A stretch of DNA of 64,000 bases from Candidatus Nitronauta litoralis. GTDB lineage: Bacteria; Nitrospinota; Nitrospinia; Nitrospinales; Nitrospinaceae. Where the stretch lies: the NCBI GenBank assembly GCA_015698285.1, contig CP048685.1, forward strand, positions 3,472,060-3,536,059, given 5' to 3'. Shown here piece by piece: positions 9,364-18,594 of the stretch. Every line of letters begins with the position of its first letter. The first letter of the stretch is position 1. A program made the position numbers and the translations under genes. Under the pieces are notes generated by a model. That model made no database searches, was not told the DNA's origin, and saw only the letters and a program-made list of their open reading frames with translations.

Positions 9364-10617
9364 CTACTGGGAAGAAACCTTTTGTAACAAGAACTCCGGA
9401 GGGTGGTTCGACTGTTCTCCGGTTTCCATGTTTTTTAGCTGGTAACTCTTATTCAATATTTCGTTTTCACCAAGGATTACAGCGAATCTGCAATTGGATT
9501 TATTGGCTTTTCGCAACTGGCTTTTCATGCTGCCATTTTCAAAATCACGAGTGACACTTAGCCCCCCATCTCTCAGGTTCTGCATCAATTTAAATCCTGC
9601 CTTTTCAGCCTGTTCTCCCAGCATCACTACAAACACATCCGGTCGGGACTGAATTTTTTGTATAGCCTCCTCAGGAAGTATGGAGACCAGCCGCTCTAAT
9701 CCCATGGCAAATCCAAAACAGGGAGTTGAAGGGCCCTCGAACTCTTCCACAAGGCTATCATATCGCCCACCGCCACAAACAGCGTTTTGCGCACCCAGAC
9801 CCTCCGCAGTCACCTCAAAGGTAGTCCGCCCATAGTAATCAAGCCCTCGCACCAGGCGATCGTTGATAATAAAATCCAGGTTGACTGACTTTAAATAGGC
9901 CTGAACCTGATTGAAATGGGCCAGGTCTTCCTCTATCAGGTTGTCTCGAATTTTAGGCAATGTGACAGCAACTTCACCACAGTTTTCATTTTTGCAATCC
10001 AGAACACGGAGGGGGTTCCGTTCATAACGCCCCTGACAATTTTCACAAAGTTTAGACAGGTTAGGCTTTATCGCTGCTTTCAATATCTCCCGGTAGCGGA
10101 CACGCGATTCCCCAGACCCCAGCGTATTGAGGTTTAGTTGAAGTCCTTTTAATCCAAGCTCTTTGTAAAATTCCATCAGCATTGAAATCACTTCCGCATC
10201 CAGGGCAGGATTACCCGACCCCATAGCCTCAACACCTATCTGGTAAAACTGTCGGAAACGACCGGCTTGCGGGCGTTCATACCGGAACATCGGGCCAATA
10301 TAATAGAGTTTGCTGAGTTGACCGGGTCCATACATCTTATGCTCTACAAATGAACGGACAACTGATGCGGTTCCTTCCGGTCTCAGGGTGAGGCTATCTC
10401 CTCCCTTGTCCTCAAATGTATACATCTCCTTTTCCACAATATCGGTGGTCTCGCCTATGCTGCGTTGGAAGAGACGTGTACTTTCAAAAATAGGGATGCG
10501 AATTTCCTTAAAACCGTAACGGGCAAAAGTTTTGTGGGCAATATTCTCTACCCATTGCCATTTTTCGATTTCCCCAGGCAGAATGTCTTTGACACCTTTA
10601 ATACCATTAATCTTCAC
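9364..10617 (-). CDS. hisS: histidine--tRNA ligase
   Basis: GTG start. Class II aaRS HisRS motifs: GVKDILP, LRPEGTA, MFRYERPQAGRFRQFYQ, GGGRYD, and a C-terminal anticodon-binding domain. Confidence 0.95.
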   Translation of the reverse strand: MKINGIKGVKDILPGEIEKWQWVENIAHKTFARYGFKEIRIPIFESTRLFQRSIGETTDIVEKEMYTFEDKGGDSLTLRPEGTASVVRSFVEHKMYGPGQLSKLYYIGPMFRYERPQAGRFRQFYQIGVEAMGSGNPALDAEVISMLMEFYKELGLKGLQLNLNTLGSGESRVRYREILKAAIKPNLSKLCENCQGRYERNPLRVLDCKNENCGEVAVTLPKIRDNLIEEDLAHFNQVQAYLKSVNLDFIINDRLVRGLDYYGRTTFEVTAEGLGAQNAVCGGGRYDSLVEEFEGPSTPCFGFAMGLERLVSILPEEAIQKIQSRPDVFVVMLGEQAEKAGFKLMQNLRDGGLSVTRDFENGSMKSQLRKANKSNCRFAVILGENEILNKSYQLKNMETGEQSNHPPEFLLQKVSSQ

Positions 10618-10638
10618 AAGAATTCCATTTCCATCGCT

Positions 10639-11631
10639 TTACTTTTTCAACATGGATTCGGCGAGCTCCACTTCGTTTGTGCTGCCTATAAAAAGTGGGG
10701 ATTTTTGATGAACGTCTGTTGGAGTTTGACCTAGAATACGCTTAACTCCATCGGAAGCAGCCCCTCCCGCATTTGAAACCACAAACGCCAAGGGAGCCGC
10801 CTCAAATAAAAACCGGAGCTTACCTTCGGGATTTTTGGAATCTCCGGGATACATAAATATCCCTCCCTTCAGCAAAGTACGGTGAAAATCGGCGACAAGA
10901 GATCCAATATAGCGCAGCTTATATGGGCGATGGGTATCCGGGTCCTTTTCCTTTAAATAATCGACATACAGGCGTTGATTGGGGTCCCAGGTTTCCATGT
11001 TTCCTTCATTTATACTGTACCAGGAGCCCCGTTCAGGTATTTTTATATTGGGGTGCGACAGGAAAAATTCTCCTAAAGTAGGGTCGAGGGTAAACCCATG
11101 GACCCCTTTGCCTGAGGTATATATGAAGAGGGTGCTTGGCCCATAGATGATGTATCCGGCAGCCACCTGTTCGGAGGCTTTTTGAAGTAAATCTTCCTGA
11201 GTCACTTCATCGCCAGGAGATTTTTTACGATAAATGGAAAAAATGGTTCCGATACTGACATCCACATCCACGTTGGAGGAACCATCAAGAGGATCCATCA
11301 TGAATATATATTTTCCAGCCTGGTCCTTGGGAATAATAATCGGCTCTTCCTGTTCCTCTGAAGTAATAGCGCAAACGGTTCCCGATTGGCCAACCAGGTT
11401 ACAAAAAGTATTGTCCGCCAATTCATCCAGCTTCTGTACTTCTTCGCCATGGACATTTATTTTCCCCGTCAGGCCAAAAATACTCTCACCAATTCCAGCA
11501 CCATTAACTTCCAAGGACACTATTTTGGCGGCAACCAGAATTTCATTCATCAAACCTGTGAAATTTCCTGTCGCGCCATCGGCCAGTTTTTCCTGGCTTC
11601 GAATAAATTGAACCAATGTGGTTTTTTCCAT
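10639..11631 (-). CDS. fbp: fructose-1,6-bisphosphatase, class 1
   Basis: 330 aa with DPLDGSSNVDVDVSIGTIFSIY, YGPST, RYIGSLVADFHR and GGIFMYP, the canonical class I FBPase motifs. Confidence 0.9.
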   Translation of the reverse strand: MEKTTLVQFIRSQEKLADGATGNFTGLMNEILVAAKIVSLEVNGAGIGESIFGLTGKINVHGEEVQKLDELADNTFCNLVGQSGTVCAITSEEQEEPIIIPKDQAGKYIFMMDPLDGSSNVDVDVSIGTIFSIYRKKSPGDEVTQEDLLQKASEQVAAGYIIYGPSTLFIYTSGKGVHGFTLDPTLGEFFLSHPNIKIPERGSWYSINEGNMETWDPNQRLYVDYLKEKDPDTHRPYKLRYIGSLVADFHRTLLKGGIFMYPGDSKNPEGKLRFLFEAAPLAFVVSNAGGAASDGVKRILGQTPTDVHQKSPLFIGSTNEVELAESMLKK

Positions 11632-11929
11632 ATACCTTCCTGCTCCACAATTTCAGAGATAGATCCAGAATTACCCAGTAAACCTATTTCAAGCTATGGC
11701 TGAGAACCCCAAACCCCTGCCTTCACAAACCGAATCTCCTTACAAAGGGAGACTTTAAGGGATTGAAACTCAAAACCCAGGCACTCTGGAAAGAAGCGAA
11801 TTCTACCCTAATTGAGAAAGAACATCAAACCAAGGCTGGGTATATAGATTAATAATATAAACGAAGAAAATAATCTCAATGATTTTTATAATCTAGAAGA
11901 ATTTTCAAGGTTTACTGAAACAGGCAATG

Positions 11930-12298
11930 TCACTTTGCATGAATATCAATCTTGATTTCATCAGGATACCGGGTGAATTTTATTTCCCTGGAAAAATGAC
12001 TCTTCTTTTCCGAACCCAAGTGCTCTATAAACTCCCGCTTCCCGACCAATATTCGGGGTCTTGGAATGGCAAGGTCACTTGAAAAGTTGTAACCGCGAAT
12101 TTCTACCACTACATCTATAGGTTTCTCATTCATTTTTTCAAGATCAAATCCAACCCGACACGGCTTTTGATCACAGTTCCACTCAATATTAGTAACTTTT
12201 GGAGGGGTAGGGGGTCTGAAATCAAAAGCAAAGGGAAGACAAAGAATGATTGCAACCGATAAAAGAAACCACTTAGAACCCTTCAATTTTTTCTTCAT
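11930..12298 (-). CDS. hypothetical membrane-anchored/secreted protein
   Basis: I prefer the internal Met giving MKKKLKGSKWFLLSVAIILCLPFAF (signal/anchor). No recognisable family. It is flanked by AT-rich non-coding DNA. Confidence 0.4.
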   Translation of the reverse strand: MKKKLKGSKWFLLSVAIILCLPFAFDFRPPTPPKVTNIEWNCDQKPCRVGFDLEKMNEKPIDVVVEIRGYNFSSDLAIPRPRILVGKREFIEHLGSEKKSHFSREIKFTRYPDEIKIDIHAK

Positions 12299-12894
12299 AA
12301 AACCAACGCTGCTAATTAAGACCAAGTTCAATGCAGACTCGATTAAAACATAATTTTTAAGTTTTAAGCTCTTATCAAGCAATTTGATTTAATCTTTACA
12401 CTCAGACTTAACCTTAATAAATTAGAACTAATTATTTAAATTTAAATGGTTTTTAACCAAATCAGATAAAGCGATCCAAAGAAAATATTTTGCAGCATCT
12501 CCTGAACAAACCTACCAACAATTGAGACAAACCCTTCTGATAAACCAAAAGGTGGTTAATTTAAAAAGTCGCTGAAAAGATAAAATCCGCAAGCCCTAAT
12601 GTTACGACGAGTTTTCAACTACAAAAATTTAAAACATAAAGCATTGAATGAAAAAAATTTATTTTCATTTCCACACAAATCACCACAAGACTTTTCATTT
12701 TGCCTTATATTTTTGTAGGGGAAACCGGGAGTGTATGAAATTGTAAACTTATGCATAAATATAACCAGCAATTTTTGTCTCTTTTATTGTTTTGACTTTT
12801 TTTCGTCTAAAAAAATTTCATTTTCCTTCATTAATTGATGGTTTTTCATGCATTTTAATTTTTATTTAAATTTTTCACGCAAAATAAAAACAAT

Positions 12895-12910
12895 TGGCAT
12901 ATTAATTGCT
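12895..12910 (+). promoter_or_regulatory. sigma54-type -24/-12 promoter
   Basis: TGGCAT-ATTAA-TTGCT matches TGGCAC-N5-TTGCW with correct GG/GC spacing. It lies about 70 nt upstream of the ATG at 12980. Confidence 0.5.
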
Positions 12911-12979
12911 CTGTAAACCTTTAATTGCTTGGAACGTTTTTTTAGATTAAATCAACGTTCATCCTTTCAGGAGAAAAAA

Positions 12980-13249
12980 ATGGACATCTTAACCGGACTT
13001 TCATTCTCAATCCCCTTCAACTACGTTTTACTGATCACCGGAATCATGGCTCTGGCATTAATCTGGGGCAAACGCAAACTTGGCTTATTGGCCGTTGCAG
13101 GTATTTTTATTCTCTGGGCTATAGAAACTCATAGCGTAGGAGTTGTTAAATTTGTACAGGAAAGTTCCATAGGGATGTTGGCAGCCCTGTCTATCGTATT
13201 GAGTATGTCCGTACTGGTTTTTATGGTGTTCAAAGACCAGAGGAATTAA
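12980..13249 (+). CDS. small hypothetical membrane protein (3 predicted TM helices)
   Basis: ATG at 12980 is preceded by CAGGAG with a 7-nt spacer. The 89-aa product is almost entirely hydrophobic helices. The upstream part of the 12929 ORF lacks an SD. Confidence 0.5.
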   Translation: MDILTGLSFSIPFNYVLLITGIMALALIWGKRKLGLLAVAGIFILWAIETHSVGVVKFVQESSIGMLAALSIVLSMSVLVFMVFKDQRN

Positions 13250-13557
13250 ATCCCGAAATAAAAATGCCCTATCAAAGCTCTCACAACCCACGTTATGCCG
13301 GCCTTTTCTCCAGCAACATGCATATTATGGGGCGGTCATAAGCTTTCTTATTTTGGCAGTTCTCCATTACCTTCATGGACGAACACAAGAATTTTCATAT
13401 CCTGCCCCATTCTGGATGAACCCATGGAATAACATCAAAGACAAATCCCAGAGCATACTGCTGAATAATTCTGATTTTTAGCAGACTCTATTTCCCTCCA
13501 GCCAGAAAAATTAATTCCTATCAATTACCACACCTCTTGGAATTTTTTCTCTAAACC

Positions 13558-14346
13558 TTGATAATGGGCTTTAGACTTTGGCCTAAAGTGTATACAACTA
13601 TAAAAACCCCAAAAAATTCTTTGAACTCAGAAGGTTTCTCCACTTTGCCTACGCATCTTGACTCTTTTAAAGCGGTATTTTTCGATGTTGGGGGTACTTT
13701 ACTGACCCCTCACCCCTCAGTGGGTCATATTTATCTGGAGCAGGCAATACCCTTTGGGTTTACCGGGTCAGCAGATGACCTTAATTTTCATTTCCGAAGA
13801 GCCTGGAAGGCCCTCGGAGGAATGGAATCTCTGGGCCAGAAAAAGGGTCTTGAGGTTGAACGCAGATATTGGCGGGATGTGGTTAAAAGGACTTTTGATG
13901 CCTGTGGAGGCGTGGATGATTTCGAAAACTGCTTTGAAAATATTTATGATGCCTTCAGGAGCCGCGACGCCTGGCGATTATATGAAGATGTTGTTGAATC
14001 CAGGTTGGTTGAACGCCTGAAAGACAAGGGAGTTGTTCTTGGCATCGTATCGAATTGGGACTCGCGCCTTAAGGAAATCCTCGACAACCTGGAGATCGGT
14101 CATCATTTTGACTTTGTACTGGCTTCAACCGTTATTGGGTCTGCCAAGCCCGACCCATTAATATTCGAAAAAGCCCTCCAACTGAGCGGAACCTCACCCG
14201 ATCAGACTATCCACATTGGCGATGAGCCCTCTACCGACATCACCGGTGCCAGGAATCTCGGCATTGATGCCATCCTTATTGATCGAAAAAACCGTTACCC
14301 TGACTGTGACGCAAAAACCATCAGTTCTTTTATGGAGCTAGTTTAA
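13558..14346 (+). CDS. HAD-superfamily hydrolase (subfamily IA-like)
   Basis: Motif I FFDVGGTLL, motif II IVSNWD, and motif III/IV K...HIGDEPSTDITGA. TTG start at 13558, or ATG at 13564. Confidence 0.75.
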   Translation: MIMGFRLWPKVYTTIKTPKNSLNSEGFSTLPTHLDSFKAVFFDVGGTLLTPHPSVGHIYLEQAIPFGFTGSADDLNFHFRRAWKALGGMESLGQKKGLEVERRYWRDVVKRTFDACGGVDDFENCFENIYDAFRSRDAWRLYEDVVESRLVERLKDKGVVLGIVSNWDSRLKEILDNLEIGHHFDFVLASTVIGSAKPDPLIFEKALQLSGTSPDQTIHIGDEPSTDITGARNLGIDAILIDRKNRYPDCDAKTISSFMELV

Positions 14347-15868
14347 CCAAATATTTGCTGCGATTAATGTTTCTTCGATAACTATCCCAAACAAGCAAAA
14401 CGTAAAAGGGCATGTATTCTACCCAGGGAATCCAGTGCACGTATTGCAGCATATCCTGATAGTCAAAGTAAAATTCCAGGTAATAAAGCCCCATCAACCC
14501 TGTCAACAACATCCATGCGCGACCAGGGAAAATACACATGAAGGGGACCACCCAGCTCAGGTACCAGGGGTTCTGCACCGGACTCAATAAAAATATCAAC
14601 GCCATTATGATGAACAGGTGCCTGAGGCAATCCAGTGCGGGATGTTCGGTTTCTCCTTTTTCCATCGACGGTGCTTTTTTGATTAACAAAAAAGACCAGA
14701 CAATAACCAGAATAACAGCGACGGTTCCCTTGGCCCATAGTGAGGGCTCGTCATATGAAAACCCGACGGGACCTCCAGGTGCAATTCCTGCAACATCTCG
14801 ATAGAACCAGACCAGAATCGCAAATAAACTGTCGTTGCTTTGCCAATAGGTACTGAAAGATTTTAAACTTGAAAAAATCCGAAATCCAATATCCAGAAAG
14901 GGCAGGTAACAAATAAAAATAGTCCCCACGAAAACGAATGTACTGACCGCAAATTTAAAGTTTTCTCTGCCAAACCTGCGATACTGCTCTCTTAAAAAAA
15001 ATGGAAACAAGACCACGGGATACAATTTCCCCAGTACACTAAAAGCCAGAAATATATTGGCTGTTAGAAATCGAGATTTCACGAGAAAATAAATCGCACC
15101 GCACAATAGACCAATTCCAATGATATCCAGGTGAGTCGAGTTAAATGTTTCCTTGATAATCAGGGGAGACCAGAAATAAATAATGACCAGTGTCTTCTTT
15201 TTAGCAAGGGCTCCCAGGGTCAATAAAATAAAACCAGCAGCCATCAGGTCGAAAGCAAGAAAACCGAGTCGCATGGCAACAATGCTGTCTGGTTTCATCT
15301 GATAAATGAGGCTGAATACGTACTGAGCCATGGGGGGATAAATTGTTGGAAGGGAGGGGTGGTTGATCCGTTCCATAAATACCAGTGAGGTTTCATTTTC
15401 CCATTTCAGAGTAGCCAACCGCTCCAAATTGCGTATGCTTTGTTCATCGTAGGTCGACTTGAACTTTGACGGTTCCCGAATCATGAACTGTTTAAAGTAG
15501 GTGACTTGATCTGGAGAAAATTTATAGGGATTTATTTGATTGCCAAAGGTCTTCCCGTCCCAAAGATAGCGATAGACGTCATCCTCCTGAATTTGCTGGG
15601 AAGGAATCAAAATTGCCCGGAAGGCAAGCCCTAATACAAAAATAACAATGAGTGATCGTGTATCGTCGCTGGCCTTCAGGGTCCAGTAAACTGAAAAAGA
15701 ATAGATTACAAACAATCCCCAATAGAGGAGCAAGTATTCCAGGATCGGGCGACGTGAATAGCCTTCTCCCCAATTAAACTCCTTGGAAAGATATGTCATC
15801 CCCAGATAGAATAGGAGACTGAGGAACCCCGACATGAGTAACTTGATATGATAAGGACGCACCAACAA
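14330..15868 (-). CDS. polytopic membrane protein, probable GT-C-type glycosyltransferase (DUF2029/mannosyltransferase-like)
   Basis: 512 aa with more than 10 hydrophobic helices and an acidic first-loop motif QEDDVYRYLWDG, typical of lipid-linked-sugar glycosyltransferases. Alternative ATG start at 15835. Confidence 0.55.
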   Translation of the reverse strand: MLVRPYHIKLLMSGFLSLLFYLGMTYLSKEFNWGEGYSRRPILEYLLLYWGLFVIYSFSVYWTLKASDDTRSLIVIFVLGLAFRAILIPSQQIQEDDVYRYLWDGKTFGNQINPYKFSPDQVTYFKQFMIREPSKFKSTYDEQSIRNLERLATLKWENETSLVFMERINHPSLPTIYPPMAQYVFSLIYQMKPDSIVAMRLGFLAFDLMAAGFILLTLGALAKKKTLVIIYFWSPLIIKETFNSTHLDIIGIGLLCGAIYFLVKSRFLTANIFLAFSVLGKLYPVVLFPFFLREQYRRFGRENFKFAVSTFVFVGTIFICYLPFLDIGFRIFSSLKSFSTYWQSNDSLFAILVWFYRDVAGIAPGGPVGFSYDEPSLWAKGTVAVILVIVWSFLLIKKAPSMEKGETEHPALDCLRHLFIIMALIFLLSPVQNPWYLSWVVPFMCIFPGRAWMLLTGLMGLYYLEFYFDYQDMLQYVHWIPWVEYMPFYVLLVWDSYRRNINRSKYLVKLAP

Positions 15869-15878
15869 CTCCGGATCA

Positions 15879-17030
15879 ATGATTAAAAAAACTCTTTATC
15901 CTGCCATATTCCTGATCGTTTGGCATCTACTCGTTCTTTCGGCCAGCGCTCGGCTCATCCATCCCAAGCCAAATCAAACCCCGCCACCCACCCCGATGCG
16001 GGCTTCACTCTACTATCAAAAGGGTCATACTTATGTCAGTGGTCAATTAGGAAAAAAAGATTTTAAGAAAGCAGCAAAGTATTTCCGGATGTCGGCCCAG
16101 TTGGGATTTGCAAAAGGACAAAATGAGTATGGGGTTCTACTCCAGAATGGCTTCGGAGTTGAAAAGGATTTGGAAACTGCGGCCTTATGGTTTCGTCGAG
16201 CCGCAGAGCAAAAACTTGCAGCTGCCGAGTTTAATCTTGGACTAACCTACAGGATGGGACTTGGGGTCGAGGTTGACTACCAGGAAGCACTGTACTGGTT
16301 CAAAAGAGCCGCCGCCCAGGATTACAGCAAAGCCTACACATCTCTTGGGTTGATGTATGTGAATGGACAAGGGGTGTCCATCGACTATAAGAAAGCCTAT
16401 GAGTATTATTTGATGGGGGCCAAGCTGGGTAACACCAGAGCCCAGTACTACGTCGGATCCATGTTACTCAGGGGCAAAGGCATCGATGCAAACTGGGAAG
16501 AAGCAATTAAGTGGTACAAAAAATCAGCCAGGGGAGGTTTTATTCGAGCCCAGAATACTCTGGGAAATATGTACCAGAATGGAAAAGGGGTCACCCGGGA
16601 TTTCACTCAGGCTATCTCCTGGTTCCGACTTGCCGCTGAACAGGGAAACGTGCTGGCTCAGTTAAACCTGGGAATACACTATTATATGGGCTGGGGCACA
16701 GACAGGGACTGGGAAAAAGCAGGTCACTGGTTTGAGAAGTCGGCCAAGGGAGGAAACCGGAGGGCTCAGTATAATTTTGGAGTTTTATTACGTGATGGAA
16801 AAGGTATAGATAAAAGTTATAAGGAAGCCCTGAAATGGTTTTTAAAGGCCGGGGCCCAAGGGTATCCTCGGGCCAGCTTTCAACTGGGGATTTTTTACGA
16901 AAAAGGGTATGGCACAGAACCCAACCTTTATGAAGCCCGCTTCTGGTATGAAAAAGCACTTGAACAGGGCATTGAACAGGCAGAATCAGCTTTAAAAAAC
17001 CTCGGTCAAAATATGCCCAGGGCCCCTTGA
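15879..17030 (+). CDS. Sel1-like repeat (SLR) protein, secreted
   Basis: Signal peptide MIKKTLYPAIFLIVWHLLVLSASA, then about 9 tandem ~36-aa repeats of the form A..WF.KAA.QG...AQ..LG.MY..G.GV..D...A. Confidence 0.85.
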   Translation: MIKKTLYPAIFLIVWHLLVLSASARLIHPKPNQTPPPTPMRASLYYQKGHTYVSGQLGKKDFKKAAKYFRMSAQLGFAKGQNEYGVLLQNGFGVEKDLETAALWFRRAAEQKLAAAEFNLGLTYRMGLGVEVDYQEALYWFKRAAAQDYSKAYTSLGLMYVNGQGVSIDYKKAYEYYLMGAKLGNTRAQYYVGSMLLRGKGIDANWEEAIKWYKKSARGGFIRAQNTLGNMYQNGKGVTRDFTQAISWFRLAAEQGNVLAQLNLGIHYYMGWGTDRDWEKAGHWFEKSAKGGNRRAQYNFGVLLRDGKGIDKSYKEALKWFLKAGAQGYPRASFQLGIFYEKGYGTEPNLYEARFWYEKALEQGIEQAESALKNLGQNMPRAP

Positions 17031-17443
17031 AGATACTCGATTATTTTTATCTTCCCGCTTTTTTAACACCAGCATCAATAAACAAAAACTCATTCCCACC
17101 AATACCAGACCTTCTATTACCGTCCACCAGGTGAGAAGACGCGCCAGGAAAACACCAAAACATTCACAATTCGGAAGTTCGAGACAACGCACTAATGTGA
17201 TCGTCGAAAAAAGAGTGAATCCATTGTGCAACATGACCGATAAAAGGGCGGCCCGCATGAGTCGTTTTCCCTATATCAACCATTCAGCCAACCACAATTC
17301 AAACAGTATCAGAATTATAACTATCACCGGAAAGAACCAGTCAGGGGAAAAGCGATAGGTATTTAGGTGTTGAGGACTTCTACGAAACCCGGAACTTCCA
17401 ATAATTTCCCGGTACCGGTTGCCAGCAGAATTAGTCCGATCAA
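16992..17443 (-). pseudogene. MauE/DoxX-like membrane protein gene disrupted by a frameshift and an in-frame TAG
   Basis: Three minus-strand pieces read as one ~150-aa protein: LIGLILLATGTGKLLEVPGFVEVLNT (then TAA at 17363-17365), YRFSPDWFFPVIVIILILFELWLAEWLI (then TAG at 17271-17273), and the 88-aa ORF carrying the NCECFG motif. The frame break sits at an 8-nt tandem repeat (17359-17374). Confidence 0.5.
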
Positions 17444-17459
17444 GTATTTCAGAAAATAC

Positions 17460-18317
17460 TTAAGGGTTGACCTGATAATTCACCGACCAGTCGTAGGGAA
17501 TAAAGTCCACATTGAAGGATTCATCAATTGGATTTTTCCGAAAACGATTTGCATAGCTGATAAGGTTTTCTGATTCGTGCTCATTAACAAAATCGTCCTT
17601 ATAAAAACCAAGGATTCTTGAAAAGAACACGGTTTTATTAGGAGTATCCACTCTTACATGTTTTTCAGAATTGAAAAATTCTCTGGCGTAAAAATCCAGT
17701 TGTTCATCAAGCTTTGCTGCTGTAATGGGAACCTGTGGAAGGCGGGGGCAGGACCGCACCATGCAATTTAAAACAAAATGAATGCGTGGTTCATTCAAGG
17801 GTCGTATTACATTATTTTCATAATTTGACAATGAAATAGAGCGCCCACCCACTTTGAAGGTAGTCAATTTAAAAAACCGGGCACGGTCATAAAGGCTGTC
17901 AAAATCTACCGGGAATTCCTTATGAATGACTCCGTACATCGCCATGGCATTATAGGAATTAATATAAAAAGCCAGGGCTTTTTGTCTGGCCAGATCACTG
18001 CCTCCAGGATTTTCAATTTTTGTACGTCCAATATAGGATAAGAAACGATGCAGGCTGTCAGGAGAGCCCGCAATCTTTTGAAAATCTATTTGCCCTTTGC
18101 TATTAACACCTCTTTGTAAAACATCAGCCCATGCTTGCTCTGCCTCACTATCTGTTACCTCTGTGGAATCGATAGCACCTGTAGATGGATGATACAACGG
18201 AACCGAACTACACCCGCTGATGAGAATAAGGCTGAGGATTCCAAACCAATTTAACAGTTTTTTTAATCTATAGTTTATCATCAGGTTTTTTGGATTTGTG
18301 AAGCTCCAGTTTTTCAT
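17460..18317 (-). CDS. DUF547-domain lipoprotein
   Basis: Lipobox LILISGCSS. The motif AFYINSYNAMAMYGVI plus HFVLNCMVRSCP is characteristic of DUF547. An alternative start at Met13 is possible. Confidence 0.7.
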   Translation of the reverse strand: MKNWSFTNPKNLMINYRLKKLLNWFGILSLILISGCSSVPLYHPSTGAIDSTEVTDSEAEQAWADVLQRGVNSKGQIDFQKIAGSPDSLHRFLSYIGRTKIENPGGSDLARQKALAFYINSYNAMAMYGVIHKEFPVDFDSLYDRARFFKLTTFKVGGRSISLSNYENNVIRPLNEPRIHFVLNCMVRSCPRLPQVPITAAKLDEQLDFYAREFFNSEKHVRVDTPNKTVFFSRILGFYKDDFVNEHESENLISYANRFRKNPIDESFNVDFIPYDWSVNYQVNP

Positions 18318-18594
18318 TCAAATCCAGATACTCCTGCATGATGGCACTGAGGATGGCCAACCCTAAATGGACCTCAGGGCAGGGGAGCGCTGCCACCAGT
18401 CTCGATTATTTCCCTTACTGTTTCCAGAGGAGTTACCACAGAATGTAGAGTTTTTTTCTTCTAGAACAAACGGAAGCAATACAGCTTGCCGAATTTTGTC
18501 GGAAAGGAAGAGGGGACCTTCCAGGAAAAAAACAGGTTAAGCTACTACTGAATTTTTCATATAGCGTTTGATAAAAAATTCTTCGAAGACAGGG

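Noticed and set aside
17131-17573. Plus-strand ORFs 17131-17358 and 17367-17573
   Set aside because: They are antisense to the MauE-like remnant and the DUF547 3' end. Their basic, low-complexity translations point to shadow frames.
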